This document shows, in pieces, positions 51,565 to 61,021 of a DNA stretch of 64,000 bases. Origin of the DNA: Alphaproteobacteria bacterium. Its GTDB lineage: Bacteria > Pseudomonadota > Alphaproteobacteria > GCA-2731375. The number at the start of each line of letters is the position of its first letter. The first letter of the stretch is position 1. The position numbers were made by a program, and so were the translations under genes. The notes beneath the pieces are model-generated. The model did no database searches. It was not told the origin of the DNA and worked only from the letters and a program-made list of their open reading frames with translations. The stretch is from NCBI GenBank assembly GCA_965232515.1, contig CBDDPY010000002.1:6720001-6784000 (forward strand), read 5' to 3'.

Positions 51565-52656
51565 ATGGGGAAAAGATGGTTCGGGGGTGTGCTGGCGGCG
51601 GCGATGGCCGCGGTTGGCCTGCTGTTCGGCGGCGCGGCGCAGGCCGACGGCCATGAGCAGCTGAAGGTCGGCTTCGTTTATGTCGGGCCGATCGGCGACC
51701 ACGGCTGGACCTACCGGCATGACAAGGGCCGGCAGGCGATCGAGGCGGCGCTCGGCGACAAGGTCGAGACCACCTATGTCGAGAGCGTGGCCGAAGGCGC
51801 GGATGCCGAGCGCGTGATCCGGCAGCTCGCGGCGAGCGGCCACAAGCTGATCTTCACCACCTCGTTCGGCTTCATGAACCCGACGGTGAAGGTGGCGAAG
51901 GCCTTCCCCGACGTGCGCTTCGAGCACGCCACCGGCTACAAGCGGGCCGACAATGTCAGCACCTATATGGCGCGGTTCTACGAGGGCCGGCACATCGCCG
52001 GGCTGATCGCCGGCAACATGACCAAGTCGGGCACCATCGGCTATATCGGCTCGTTCCCGATACCCGAAGTCGTGCGCGGCATCAACGCCTTTACCATCGC
52101 GCTGCGCAGCGTGCGGCCGGACGCGGAAGTGAAGGTGGTCTGGGTCAACAGCTGGTACGACCCGGGCAAGGAAGGCGACGCGGCGAAGGCGCTGATCGAC
52201 CAGGGCGCCGACGTGATCCTGCAGCACACGGACTCGCCGGCGCCGATCCAGGCGGCGCAGGAGCGCGGCGTCTGGGCCGTGGGCCAGGCGTCCGATATGT
52301 CGAAGTTCGGGCCGAAGTCGCACCTGACCGCCATCATCGACGACTGGGACGGTTACTACGTTCAGCGCGCGAAAGACGTGATGGCCGGCAGCTGGGCCTC
52401 GGGCGACACCTGGGGCGGCTTGGACACCGGCATGGTCCGGATGTCGGACTACAATTCGGCGATCCCGGCCGACGTCGTCGCCATCGCCAAGAAGGCCGAG
52501 GCCGACATCAAGTCCGGCGCGATCCACCCCTTCCAGGGCCCGATCCGCAACCAGGCCGGCGAGCTCGTCGTCGCCGAAGGCGAACGCCTCGACGACGGCA
52601 AGCTCCTGTCCATGGACTGGTACGTCGAAGGCGTCCAGGGCAAGCTGCCGAAGTAG
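51565..52656 (+). CDS. BMP-family substrate-binding protein (purine/nucleoside)
   Basis: Signal peptide; KVGFVYVGPIGDHGWTYRH; FTTSFG; IPEVVRGINAF; QHTDS. Confidence 0.93.
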   Translation: MGKRWFGGVLAAAMAAVGLLFGGAAQADGHEQLKVGFVYVGPIGDHGWTYRHDKGRQAIEAALGDKVETTYVESVAEGADAERVIRQLAASGHKLIFTTSFGFMNPTVKVAKAFPDVRFEHATGYKRADNVSTYMARFYEGRHIAGLIAGNMTKSGTIGYIGSFPIPEVVRGINAFTIALRSVRPDAEVKVVWVNSWYDPGKEGDAAKALIDQGADVILQHTDSPAPIQAAQERGVWAVGQASDMSKFGPKSHLTAIIDDWDGYYVQRAKDVMAGSWASGDTWGGLDTGMVRMSDYNSAIPADVVAIAKKAEADIKSGAIHPFQGPIRNQAGELVVAEGERLDDGKLLSMDWYVEGVQGKLPK

Positions 52657-52687
52657 CGCTTGGCCGTAAGGTAACGAACGAGATCAC

Positions 52688-52716
52688 CCCGGCGGTGCTA
52701 AGCCGCCGGGTTTTTT
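52688..52716 (+). terminator. Rho-independent terminator
   Basis: CCCGGCGG-TGCTAAG-CCGCCGGG-TTTTTT. Confidence 0.88.
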
Positions 52717-52906
52717 CCCGGTCTGTTTGCCGAATCAACTTCCGATTTCGGCAGCCGCCGTCTCTGTTTTTGTTGATGACGTCAGAACTGTTTTAGGGTC
52801 TGAGTGTGACCGGCGGGTGTTGGTGTCCCAACTCCAGCGGGGCGGTGTATAACCTACATTTTATTTTCTTTTTGGTTGGGCCTTGCCTAGTTCCCGGAGA
52901 TAGACA

Positions 52907-53488
52907 GTGTGCAGAATTTTCGTCGCTTTGGCCGCGGCAGCTTTTGCTTTTTTGTTCATACAAAGCCCACGGGCGCAATTCATCGAACCCATGCCAAAAA
53001 TCACGCCCGGTAGCTGCAGCTATCACTCATCATTGGTTTCAATGTTGGCGAGAATTTTAGGAGCCACCATCGTTTGGAGGGGGCGTCAGAAACAGAACGG
53101 TGAATCCATCGTCGAATACGAACTCTACAACTCAGACCAGGGTTGGGCTTTGGTCCGCCATTATCCAGGCACAACTGGGCGGCGCGCAAAGGGATGTGTG
53201 TTGGACTTCGGCAGATATCGCACCATAGACGCGGAGAGGAAAGAGGGTCGGGATATTGGTTGTGTTCCTGATCTTGGGTACGCCGCCATTTTGAAAGACC
53301 TCGCCGGCATCACTTTACGTTGGGCGGGCCTGAATTCCAGAGGGACACATATGTACGCATTGTACGTGGACCGGCGAGGTCGATGGGCGTTGCGTCTGCC
53401 AACACTCGGGCGTTCGTCTGCTCTTTCGAATGACTGGGAATGTTCGGCGGAGGTTGGATACGGCTCAACGGAAGTTTCTAGGTTCTGA
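52907..53488 (+). CDS. Hypothetical secreted protein with a two-fold internal repeat
   Basis: Signal-like N-terminus; C..L..G.T..W.G..Y.LY..WAL..C occurs twice; lower GC. Confidence 0.6.
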   Translation: MCRIFVALAAAAFAFLFIQSPRAQFIEPMPKITPGSCSYHSSLVSMLARILGATIVWRGRQKQNGESIVEYELYNSDQGWALVRHYPGTTGRRAKGCVLDFGRYRTIDAERKEGRDIGCVPDLGYAAILKDLAGITLRWAGLNSRGTHMYALYVDRRGRWALRLPTLGRSSALSNDWECSAEVGYGSTEVSRF

Positions 53489-53502
53489 ATTTTGGAGTTT
53501 GG

Positions 53503-53637
53503 ATTACGGTGACAGCGCACTTTTTTCATTCGCAAATGCCCGGTCGGCTATTTGGCCCCTTGGGCCTATGAACCATGCTGTAGGGCACGGAGTATGATTA
53601 TTGTTCATCAGTGCATTTAGTGCACTGTCACCGGAAT
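53503..53637. repeat. 135-bp unit bounded by 18-bp imperfect inverted repeats (MITE/REPIN-like)
   Basis: ATTACGGTGACAGCGCAC (53503-53520) and GTGCACTGTCACCGGAAT (53620-53637), 16/18 complementary; further copies at 54315, 54376 and 54396. Confidence 0.65.
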
Positions 53638-54101
53638 GTGTTCTTAGTGATGATAAAGAACACCGATATTCCACCAATCATTTCTTCAACGCTTCCGGTC
53701 ACATCGTAGTCAGGCATCATCTGTGCCTTCGCAGCTTGAATTGCGTCCTCAAGCGCCGCGTCTGTAAGAAATGTGGACCTTGGGTAGCGATATCCGACCG
53801 TAACCTGAATAAAGTCCGGCGTCTGTTCGTTTTCGCTATAGATCGGCCTTACCACTAGGAGGTCACCATCAGGCGTGTTCATTGCCATCCCCAAGCCGGT
53901 TTCCGGTGTCCCCATGGGCGTCGCCGCGCCTGCTGCAACAGCCTGATGCAGGTTCGCTATCCACTCGTCCTTAGTCATGGCGAACATCGCTCGCGCATCG
54001 TCCTTGGACAAAATCTCGATTGTCGGCGTTGCCTCCTGTGCCACGACCGTGACCGGGAGCAATAGCAACATGAGCGTACCGATTCGCCTAATCACTTCCA
54101 C
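53628..54101 (-). CDS. Hypothetical secreted protein
   Basis: Signal peptide (RRIGTLMLLLLPVTVVAQ); GAAGG RBS; lower GC. Confidence 0.6.
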   Translation of the reverse strand: MEVIRRIGTLMLLLLPVTVVAQEATPTIEILSKDDARAMFAMTKDEWIANLHQAVAAGAATPMGTPETGLGMAMNTPDGDLLVVRPIYSENEQTPDFIQVTVGYRYPRSTFLTDAALEDAIQAAKAQMMPDYDVTGSVEEMIGGISVFFIITKNTFR

Positions 54102-54501
54102 ATGGCGCCTTCTGCTTGAGGTTCTCGGAAGGGGCTGGGCTGATCCGAATTCGCTTAATGGCCATCAGCATTGGACGTTGCCTCATTACAGTCCGCGACA
54201 GTGTAACAGAGAGTAGGCGGTGATGAGCGGTTCGATGAGGGCAAGATAAATTAGTAAGCATCATGGGACGCTAAGTTTTTGCCCAAACGTAGTTTTTTGT
54301 ATTGCGGCGAAAGAATTACGGTGATTGTGCATTTGTTCTTTCGGAAAGTATGCGAAAAATCACCCGGTCGGTTAGATTACGGTGACAGTTTACGGATTGC
54401 GACGACAGTCTATTAAGTCACCCTCTGATTTGTGCCGACGGTTGACGGTTCGTGACGCAAGCGCGGCCGACCACGGCGCGTGACGGTGCGGGTAGCGTGA
54501 G

Positions 54502-55359
54502 ATGCCGCGAATTGTGATTGCGACGACGGACGATCATCTTGCGCTCGACCGGTCCGACGCCCTGTTCCGTGACGCGCTTGTGCGACTGGGCGCCGATGTG
54601 CACGTGGCGTCATGGCGCGGGGCGGGCATGTGGACGGCGGTCGGGGCCGGCGATGCGCTGGTCGTGCGGTCGGTCTGGGATTATCCCGAACATCCCGCCG
54701 CGTTCGCGGACTGGCTCGAACGGCTGTCGCGGCTCGACAAGCCAGTTATGAACCCGCCCGCGTTGATGCGCTGGAACGCGGACAAGACGTATCTGCTCGA
54801 CCTCGGCCGGCGCGGGGTGCCGACGCCGCGAACCGCCGCCGTCCGCTCGGCCGACGAGCTCGCCGCCGCGTTCGCGGCGATCCAGGACGACACGGGCGTG
54901 ATCAAGCCCTGCGTGGGCGGGAGCGGCCGGGATGTAGAGAAGGTCGATCTCGCCGGCGCCCAGGCTTACCTGAACCGGAACGCAGCCGACGGACGCCGGT
55001 TTCTCCTGCAGGAGATGCTGCCCGAGATCGCGGCGGGCGAACTGTCTTTCGTCTTCATCGGCGGCAGGCACACGCATACGGTCCGCTCGCGCCCGGCCAG
55101 CGGCGACTTCCGCGTGAACAGTCAGTACGGGCCGTCCGATATCGCCTTGTTCCACGCGCCGACGGATCTGGTGGCGCAGGCCGCGGTGGTGGTGTCCCTG
55201 CTGCCGAGCCCGCCGACCTATGCGCGGATCGACGGCGTTGTCCGCGACGGCCGGTTCATCTGCCTCGAAGCCGAGGTCATTGACCCAACGCTGTTCCTGC
55301 ATCTGCACCCGCCGGCTGCCGAACGTCTGGCCGAGGCGGTCCTGGCCGAGGTCGCATAG
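54502..55359 (+). CDS. RimK/glutathione synthetase-like ATP-grasp protein
   Basis: RSVWDY; WNADKTYL; VIKP; GELS; DFRVN; YARIDG; LEAEVIDP.LFL. Confidence 0.85.
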   Translation: MPRIVIATTDDHLALDRSDALFRDALVRLGADVHVASWRGAGMWTAVGAGDALVVRSVWDYPEHPAAFADWLERLSRLDKPVMNPPALMRWNADKTYLLDLGRRGVPTPRTAAVRSADELAAAFAAIQDDTGVIKPCVGGSGRDVEKVDLAGAQAYLNRNAADGRRFLLQEMLPEIAAGELSFVFIGGRHTHTVRSRPASGDFRVNSQYGPSDIALFHAPTDLVAQAAVVVSLLPSPPTYARIDGVVRDGRFICLEAEVIDPTLFLHLHPPAAERLAEAVLAEVA

Positions 55360-55378
55360 CCGGTTGCGTGTGTGCGCC

Positions 55379-55771
55379 TCAGTACTCCGCGTAGATCTCG
55401 ATGACGTTGTCCTCGGGATCGCGGAAGAAGAGGGTGCGGTGGCGCCAGGCGGGGAGGTCGGTTGGCGGCCGGGCGATGGTGACGCCTTTCGCGACGAGTT
55501 CGTCGTGGCAGGCGTCGACGGCGGGGGGCGGCACGCGGAAGGCGAGCTGGACCGCGGCCGAGCCGGGTGTGGCCGGACCGTCATCGCCGGCAGGGGAGGG
55601 GCCGCGCGGGCGGAGCGTGAGGAGCGTCGCGCCGACGCGGAAGCTGACCCAGTTTTCGGAATCGTATTCGACGGCGAAGCCCATCACGTCTTCGTAGAAG
55701 CGGCGCGTCTCGGCCATGTTCCGGCAGAGCAGGACGATGTAGTCGCAGTTGTGGATGTCCTTAAGGCTCAT
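55379..55771 (-). CDS. VOC/glyoxalase-family protein
   Basis: RRFYEDVMGF; QLAFRV; HRTLFFRDPEDNVIEI. Confidence 0.9.
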   Translation of the reverse strand: MSLKDIHNCDYIVLLCRNMAETRRFYEDVMGFAVEYDSENWVSFRVGATLLTLRPRGPSPAGDDGPATPGSAAVQLAFRVPPPAVDACHDELVAKGVTIARPPTDLPAWRHRTLFFRDPEDNVIEIYAEY

Positions 55772-56021
55772 TCAGGGCTCCCGCTGTTTACGTTGCGCGA
55801 TTAAGGGACGCCGGTGGTTCCGCGTCGCTGGTGTCCGCAAGCTATCACCGACCTCGCGAATTGTGGCGATTGGCGCCGGGCGTGATCGCGGGCGTCGGTT
55901 GACCGGTGTTTCGCTATCCCGTTAAGTGAAAAAATGAACGGACGGTTTCGGCCTTCCGCCCACCACCTATTTCCTTGATGCCGCACCTGGCGTCACGGCC
56001 ATCTCCGAGGACGGTAACAGC

Positions 56022-57371
56022 TTGTCCAGCGCGCACGCTTCCGCCACGCAACTGTTGCTCGACGGGCCCGTCGCGACGGTGCTGTGGCGGCTGGCGACGC
56101 CGAATGTCTTTGCCGTGGCGACGATGACGGCGGTGACGTTTGCCGACGCCTGGTATGTCGGGCAGCTGGGCACGGCGGCCTTGGCCAGCCTGGCGCTGGC
56201 GTTTCCGTTTCTGACTTTGATGCAGATGATGGCGGGCGGCGCCATCGGCGGCGGCGTTACGTCGGCGGTGGCGCGGGCGCTTGGCGCTGGGGCCATCGAC
56301 CGGGCGGAAAGCGCGGCCTGGCATGCGGTGCTGATCGCGGTGGCGATGTCCGGAGTGTTCATGGTTCTGCTGGGCCTGTTCGCGCGGCCGATCTTCGCGT
56401 TGCTGGGCGGGGAAGGGGTGGCGCTTGACGGCGCCGTCGCCTACGCCCGGGTTACGTTCGGCGGGGCGGCGGCGATCTGGTTCGTCTTCGTGTTGTCGGC
56501 GATCCAGCGGGGCACCGGCGATACGGCGACGCCGGCCCGCGCCATCGCCACGGCCAGCATCGTGCAGGTCGTGTTGTCGGGCGCGCTGACGCTCGGCTGG
56601 TTCGGCCTGCCGCGCCTCGGCGTCGCGGGCGCGGCGACCGCGATGGTTCTGTGCCAGGGCGCGGCGGCGGCCTATCTCGCGCTGCATCTGGTGCACGGCA
56701 AGGGCCGTTTGCGGTTGCGGCCGCACGCGCTTCAGTGGCCGCCGGTCCGCGACATCATGAATGTCGGCGGCATTGGTCTCATCAACAGCTTCTGCATGGC
56801 CATGACGGTGGTGGTCGTCACGGGGTTCGTCGGCCGGTACGGGACCGAGGCGCTGGCCGGCTATGGCCTGGGGGCGCGGCTGGAACTGATGCTGGTGCCG
56901 ATCGCCTTCGGCGTGGGCGCGGCCCTGACGGCGGCGGTCGGTATCAATGTGGGCGCCGAGCAGTTCGCCCGCGCCCGGCGCATCGCCTGGGCCGGCGCCG
57001 GCGTCACGTTGGCGCTGACCGGTCTGTTGGGGGTGGGCGCGGCGATGATGCCCAGCCTCTGGCTCGATCTGTTCACGGCGGACCCCGATGCCTATGCCTT
57101 CGGTGTGCTTTATCTCGCGATCGCGGCGCCGTTCTACGGCCTGTTCGGCGCGGGCCAGGCGCTCTATTTCGCGAGCCAGGGCACCGGCCGCATGGGCTGG
57201 CCGGTCGTTGTCTCGGTGATCCGGTTTCTGACGGTATCGGCCATCGGCGCGCTCGCCGTGTCGTTCGCCTGGAGCGTCGACACGTTGTTTGCGGCCGTCG
57301 CGGTCGGGCTGACCATCATGGGGGTGGGGCAGGGGCTTTGTCTTCTGGGGCCGGGCTGGCGCGGCGGCTGA
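56022..57371 (+). CDS. MATE-family efflux transporter
   Basis: LWRLATP; VGQLGTAALA; RGTGDT..P; LGVAGAA.A; GYGLGARLE. Confidence 0.9.
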   Translation: MSSAHASATQLLLDGPVATVLWRLATPNVFAVATMTAVTFADAWYVGQLGTAALASLALAFPFLTLMQMMAGGAIGGGVTSAVARALGAGAIDRAESAAWHAVLIAVAMSGVFMVLLGLFARPIFALLGGEGVALDGAVAYARVTFGGAAAIWFVFVLSAIQRGTGDTATPARAIATASIVQVVLSGALTLGWFGLPRLGVAGAATAMVLCQGAAAAYLALHLVHGKGRLRLRPHALQWPPVRDIMNVGGIGLINSFCMAMTVVVVTGFVGRYGTEALAGYGLGARLELMLVPIAFGVGAALTAAVGINVGAEQFARARRIAWAGAGVTLALTGLLGVGAAMMPSLWLDLFTADPDAYAFGVLYLAIAAPFYGLFGAGQALYFASQGTGRMGWPVVVSVIRFLTVSAIGALAVSFAWSVDTLFAAVAVGLTIMGVGQGLCLLGPGWRGG

Positions 57372-57404
57372 TCCGGACGCAATCCCTGAGCCGAGAGCGG
57401 CGGG

Positions 57405-58964
57405 TCAGCGGAGCCGGGCGAGGCCGTTGGCGAGGATGCGGCGCTTGTGTTCGGGGAAGTCGAAGGCGCGGCGGAAATCGGCTTCCGAGAAGTCGGGCCA
57501 CTGCCGGTGGAGACGGGCGAGGATGCGGCGGCCTTCGTCGAGGCGGCCGGCGAGGCCCTGGCAGCAGGCCGCCATGAACAGCACATGCGCATGCGCCTCG
57601 GCGGCGCCGGCGGCCTGCGCGGCGTAGTCGGCGGCGGTGTCGTAGTCGCCCCGCGCGACGGCGTGGCCGGCATAGGCGATCTGGTAGGCGAACAGCAGCG
57701 GGTCGTAGGGCGAGAGGCGGCAGGCGCGGTCGAGATGCTGGATGCCGAGGTCATGTTCGCCGGAGAACTGCAGCACGTTGCCGTAGGCGAAATGGCCGTT
57801 GGCGAAGTTGGCGGCGAGCTCGGTGGTGGTGCGTAGCGTCGCGATCGCCGCCGGATAGTCCTGGGCCAGCATCTGCGCGCGGCCGAGCACCCAGTGGCCG
57901 TGCGGCTCGAGCGGGTCGAGGCTGAGCGCCTCGCGGGCATGTTCGAAGGCGCGGGCGAGCGCGGCGTCGCGGTCTGATGTGAAGCCGAGCAGCGCGCGCT
58001 GCCAGTGCACGAAGGAGCGGGCGGCGGCGATCCGGGCCGAGGCGGGGTCCGCGGCGCCGGCCCGGTCGAGCAGGGTTTGGGCGCGGTCGAGGCCGTCCCC
58101 GCGGAAGCTGAACATGTGCGGATGGGCGCGGTGGAAGAGCGTCCAGGCGTCGAGCGCGGTGATCGGCTGCCGCATGGCGCGGCGGCGCTCGGTGCGGTCG
58201 ATCTCGCTCTCGACGGCGGCGGCCACGCGGTCGGTCACGTCGAGCTGCATGACCGGCATGTCGTCGAGCGGGTGATCGAAGCGGTCGGCCCAGACCGTCT
58301 GCCCGGTCGTGGCGTCGAGCAGCGAGAGATCGAGCGACAACCGGCGCGGCGCGAAGGTGGCGCAGCCGTCGAGCAGGTAGCGGACGCCGAGCGCGCGGGC
58401 GATGGGGGCCGGATCGCGGGTCTCGCGCCACAGCACCGAGACCGAGCCGCGGGCGGTGACGAAGAGCCAGCGGATGCGGGCGAGCGCGATATTGACGTCG
58501 CGCGCGATCGCCTCCTCGGCGCCGGGGTGAAGCGACGCGTCGCCCGCCCGCTCGAACGGCAGCACGGCGATGGACGGCCGCGTCGGCAGCGGCAGGCCCG
58601 CGGGCGCCTCGGGCGGGCTCGCCGGCACGGCGGCCGGCGATGGCGGCGTCTCGTCGAGACGGGTGACGGGCGGCACCAGGCGGAGGCCGCGGCGCGGCGC
58701 GGTCGCGATCAGGCGCTGCGCGCGACCGCTGTCGCCAAGCGCGCGCCGGGCGCGGCTGACGCAGGCGTCGATGGCGGCTTCCGACACGACGCGGCCGTGC
58801 CAGAGGCGCTCGACCAGCACCGCGCGGGGCACGAGCTCGCCGCCATGCTCCGCCAGCAGGCACAACAGGTCGAAGACCTTCGGCTCGACGGCGGTCTCCG
58901 CCGCGCCGACGCGCAGCCGGTGGCGCTCGGTGTCGAGTTCGCAATGACCGAAACGATAGATCAC
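57405..58964 (-). CDS. OmpR-type wHTH + TolB-N-like + TPR transcriptional regulator, copy 1
   Basis: MIYRFG.CELD; EPKVFDLL; ARRALGDSG..QRLI.T.PRRG; RPSIAVLPF; LGVRYLLDG; RLSPYDP. Confidence 0.88.
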   Translation of the reverse strand: MIYRFGHCELDTERHRLRVGAAETAVEPKVFDLLCLLAEHGGELVPRAVLVERLWHGRVVSEAAIDACVSRARRALGDSGRAQRLIATAPRRGLRLVPPVTRLDETPPSPAAVPASPPEAPAGLPLPTRPSIAVLPFERAGDASLHPGAEEAIARDVNIALARIRWLFVTARGSVSVLWRETRDPAPIARALGVRYLLDGCATFAPRRLSLDLSLLDATTGQTVWADRFDHPLDDMPVMQLDVTDRVAAAVESEIDRTERRRAMRQPITALDAWTLFHRAHPHMFSFRGDGLDRAQTLLDRAGAADPASARIAAARSFVHWQRALLGFTSDRDAALARAFEHAREALSLDPLEPHGHWVLGRAQMLAQDYPAAIATLRTTTELAANFANGHFAYGNVLQFSGEHDLGIQHLDRACRLSPYDPLLFAYQIAYAGHAVARGDYDTAADYAAQAAGAAEAHAHVLFMAACCQGLAGRLDEGRRILARLHRQWPDFSEADFRRAFDFPEHKRRILANGLARLR

Positions 58965-59023
58965 GGGCGGCCTCGGATAGCACGAAATGGCCGGACCGGA
59001 AACAAGATCGGGTTGCGTCGGCG

Positions 59024-59057
59024 AAATGTCAGAAATCCGTCAGGTCGTTGTTGAGCG
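59024..59057. promoter_or_regulatory. 11-bp-periodic direct-repeat operator, copy A
   Basis: TGTCAGA-N4-CGTCAGG-N4-TGTTGAG at 59027, 59038 and 59049. Confidence 0.6.
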
Positions 59058-59096
59058 TGTATTCCGCTTGCGCGGAATTTGCGCCGGCCCGGCGGC

Positions 59097-60650
59097 TCAG
59101 TTCAGGCGGGCGAGGCCGTCGGCGAGCGCGCGGCGCTGGGGTTCGGGGTAGGCGTAGGCGCGTGCGAAGTCGGCTTGGCCGAAGTCCCGATGCCGGTCGC
59201 GAAGGCGGGCGAGCATGCGGCGGCCGGCGTCGACGCGGCCGGCGAGGCCCTGACAGCAGGCGGCCATGAACAGCACGTAGGCGTGCGCCTCGGCGTCGGC
59301 GGCGGCCTGGGCGGCGTGGTCCGCGGCCGCGTCGTGGTCGCCCCGGGCCAGCGCGTGGCCGGCATAGGCGATCTGATTGGCGAACATCAGCGGGTCGTAG
59401 GGCGACAGCCGGCAGGCGCGGTCGAGATGCGCGATGCCGAGGTCGTGGTCGCCCGAGAACTGCAGCACGTTGCCGTAGGCGGCGTGGCCGTTGGCGAAGC
59501 TGGCGGCGAGCTCGGTCGTGGTGCGCAGCGTCGCGGCCGCCGCCGGGTAATTCTGGGTCAGCATCTGCGCGCGGCCGAGCACCCAGGGGCCGGTGGGCTC
59601 GAGCGGGTCGAGGTGAAGCGCCTCGCGCGCATGCTCGAAGGCGCGGGCGAGCGCGGCCTTGCGGTCGGCGGCGTGGCCGAAGAGCGCGCGCTGCCGCTGG
59701 ACGAACGAGCGGGCGGCGGCGATCCGCGCCGACGTGGGATCGGCGGCGGCGGCCCGGTCGAGCAGCGCCTGCGCGCGGTCGAGGGCGTCGCCGCGAACGT
59801 CGAACAGGTGCGGGTGGGCGCGGTGAAACAGCGTCCAGGCGTCGAGCGCGGCGATCGGCTGTTGCATGGCGCGGCGGCGCTCGGTGCGGTCGATCTCACT
59901 GACGACGGCGGCGGCGACCCGCTCGCTGACGTCGAACGGCAGGATCGGCATGTCGTCGCGCGGGTGATCGAAACGGTCGGCCCAGACCGTCTCTCCGGTC
60001 GTGGCATCCAGTAGCGAGAGGTCGAGCGACAACCGGCGCGGCGCGAACCTGGCGCGGCCGTCGAGCAGGTAACGGACGCCGAGCGCGCGGGCGATGCGGG
60101 CGGGATCGTGGGTCTGCCGCCACAGCACCGAGACCGAGGCGCGGGCGGTGACGAAGAGCCAGCGGATGCGCGAGAGCGCAATGGTGACGTCGCGTGCAAT
60201 TGCGTCTTCGGCGCCCGGGTCGATCGATGCGTCGCCCGCCCGTTCGAAGGGCAGGACGGCGATGGACGGCCGCGCCGACGGCGGCAGATCCCGCGGCGGC
60301 TCCCGCGGGCTCTCCGGCGTCGACGGCGGCCGCGTCTGGCCGATGCGGACGACCGGCGGCACAAGGCGCAGGCCGCGCCGGGGCACGGTTTCGATCAGGC
60401 GCTGCGCGCGGCCGCTGTCGCCGACGGCCCGCCGGGCGCGGCTGATGCAGGCGTCAACGGCGGCCGCCGTGACGATCCGCCCCTGCCAGAGGCGCTCGAT
60501 CAGCGACGCGCGGGAGACGAGGTCGCCGCCGTGCTCGGCCAGCAGGCACAGCAGGTCGAAGATCTTCGGCTCGACGGCGGCGTCCGCCGCGCCGACGCGC
60601 AGCCGGCGGCGCCCGGTGTCGAGCTCGCAAGGGCCGAAACGATAGATCAC
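59097..60650 (-). CDS. OmpR-type wHTH + TolB-N-like + TPR transcriptional regulator, copy 2
   Basis: Colinear with copy 1, with long identical stretches. Confidence 0.88.
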   Translation of the reverse strand: MIYRFGPCELDTGRRRLRVGAADAAVEPKIFDLLCLLAEHGGDLVSRASLIERLWQGRIVTAAAVDACISRARRAVGDSGRAQRLIETVPRRGLRLVPPVVRIGQTRPPSTPESPREPPRDLPPSARPSIAVLPFERAGDASIDPGAEDAIARDVTIALSRIRWLFVTARASVSVLWRQTHDPARIARALGVRYLLDGRARFAPRRLSLDLSLLDATTGETVWADRFDHPRDDMPILPFDVSERVAAAVVSEIDRTERRRAMQQPIAALDAWTLFHRAHPHLFDVRGDALDRAQALLDRAAAADPTSARIAAARSFVQRQRALFGHAADRKAALARAFEHAREALHLDPLEPTGPWVLGRAQMLTQNYPAAAATLRTTTELAASFANGHAAYGNVLQFSGDHDLGIAHLDRACRLSPYDPLMFANQIAYAGHALARGDHDAAADHAAQAAADAEAHAYVLFMAACCQGLAGRVDAGRRMLARLRDRHRDFGQADFARAYAYPEPQRRALADGLARLN

Positions 60651-60708
60651 GGGCGCCCCCGTACGGTTGAAGCGGGCGGTCTGGAAACATGAACGGGGTG
60701 CGGCGGCG

Positions 60709-60742
60709 AAATGTCAGGCAATCGCAAGGTCATTGTCAAGCG
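60709..60742. promoter_or_regulatory. 11-bp-periodic direct-repeat operator, copy B
   Basis: TGTCAGG-N4-CGCAAGG-N4-TGTCAAG at 60712, 60723 and 60734. Confidence 0.6.
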
Positions 60743-60866
60743 CAGCGCCGCCTTGCGGGCTAGCCTCGCTGCGATACCGGCCGCCGGGCCTCAGGCATGG
60801 CCGGCCCGAATGTCTTCAAGTCGGTTGAGATATACAGAAGCAAAACAAATAAAAATTGAACAAGAA

Positions 60867-60900
60867 AAATGTCAGGGCTCCGTAAGGTCGTTGTCAAGCG
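60867..60900. promoter_or_regulatory. 11-bp-periodic direct-repeat operator, copy C
   Basis: TGTCAGG-N4-CGTAAGG-N4-TGTCAAG at 60870, 60881 and 60892, after an A-rich tract. Confidence 0.6.
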
Positions 60901-61021
60901 GCGGGCCGGGGGGCGGCTTAGGGTCCGCACCAGATGTACCAACTGGAGATTTTGCGTGATGTACGAAAACCGATACCGCGATGGGCGTCCCGGCGCCCTG
61001 CGTAAGCGGCTGTTGCGCCAT

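Noticed and set aside
52740-54450. Prophage or IS element
   Set aside because: No integrase, transposase, tRNA target or phage gene is visible; only short repeats.
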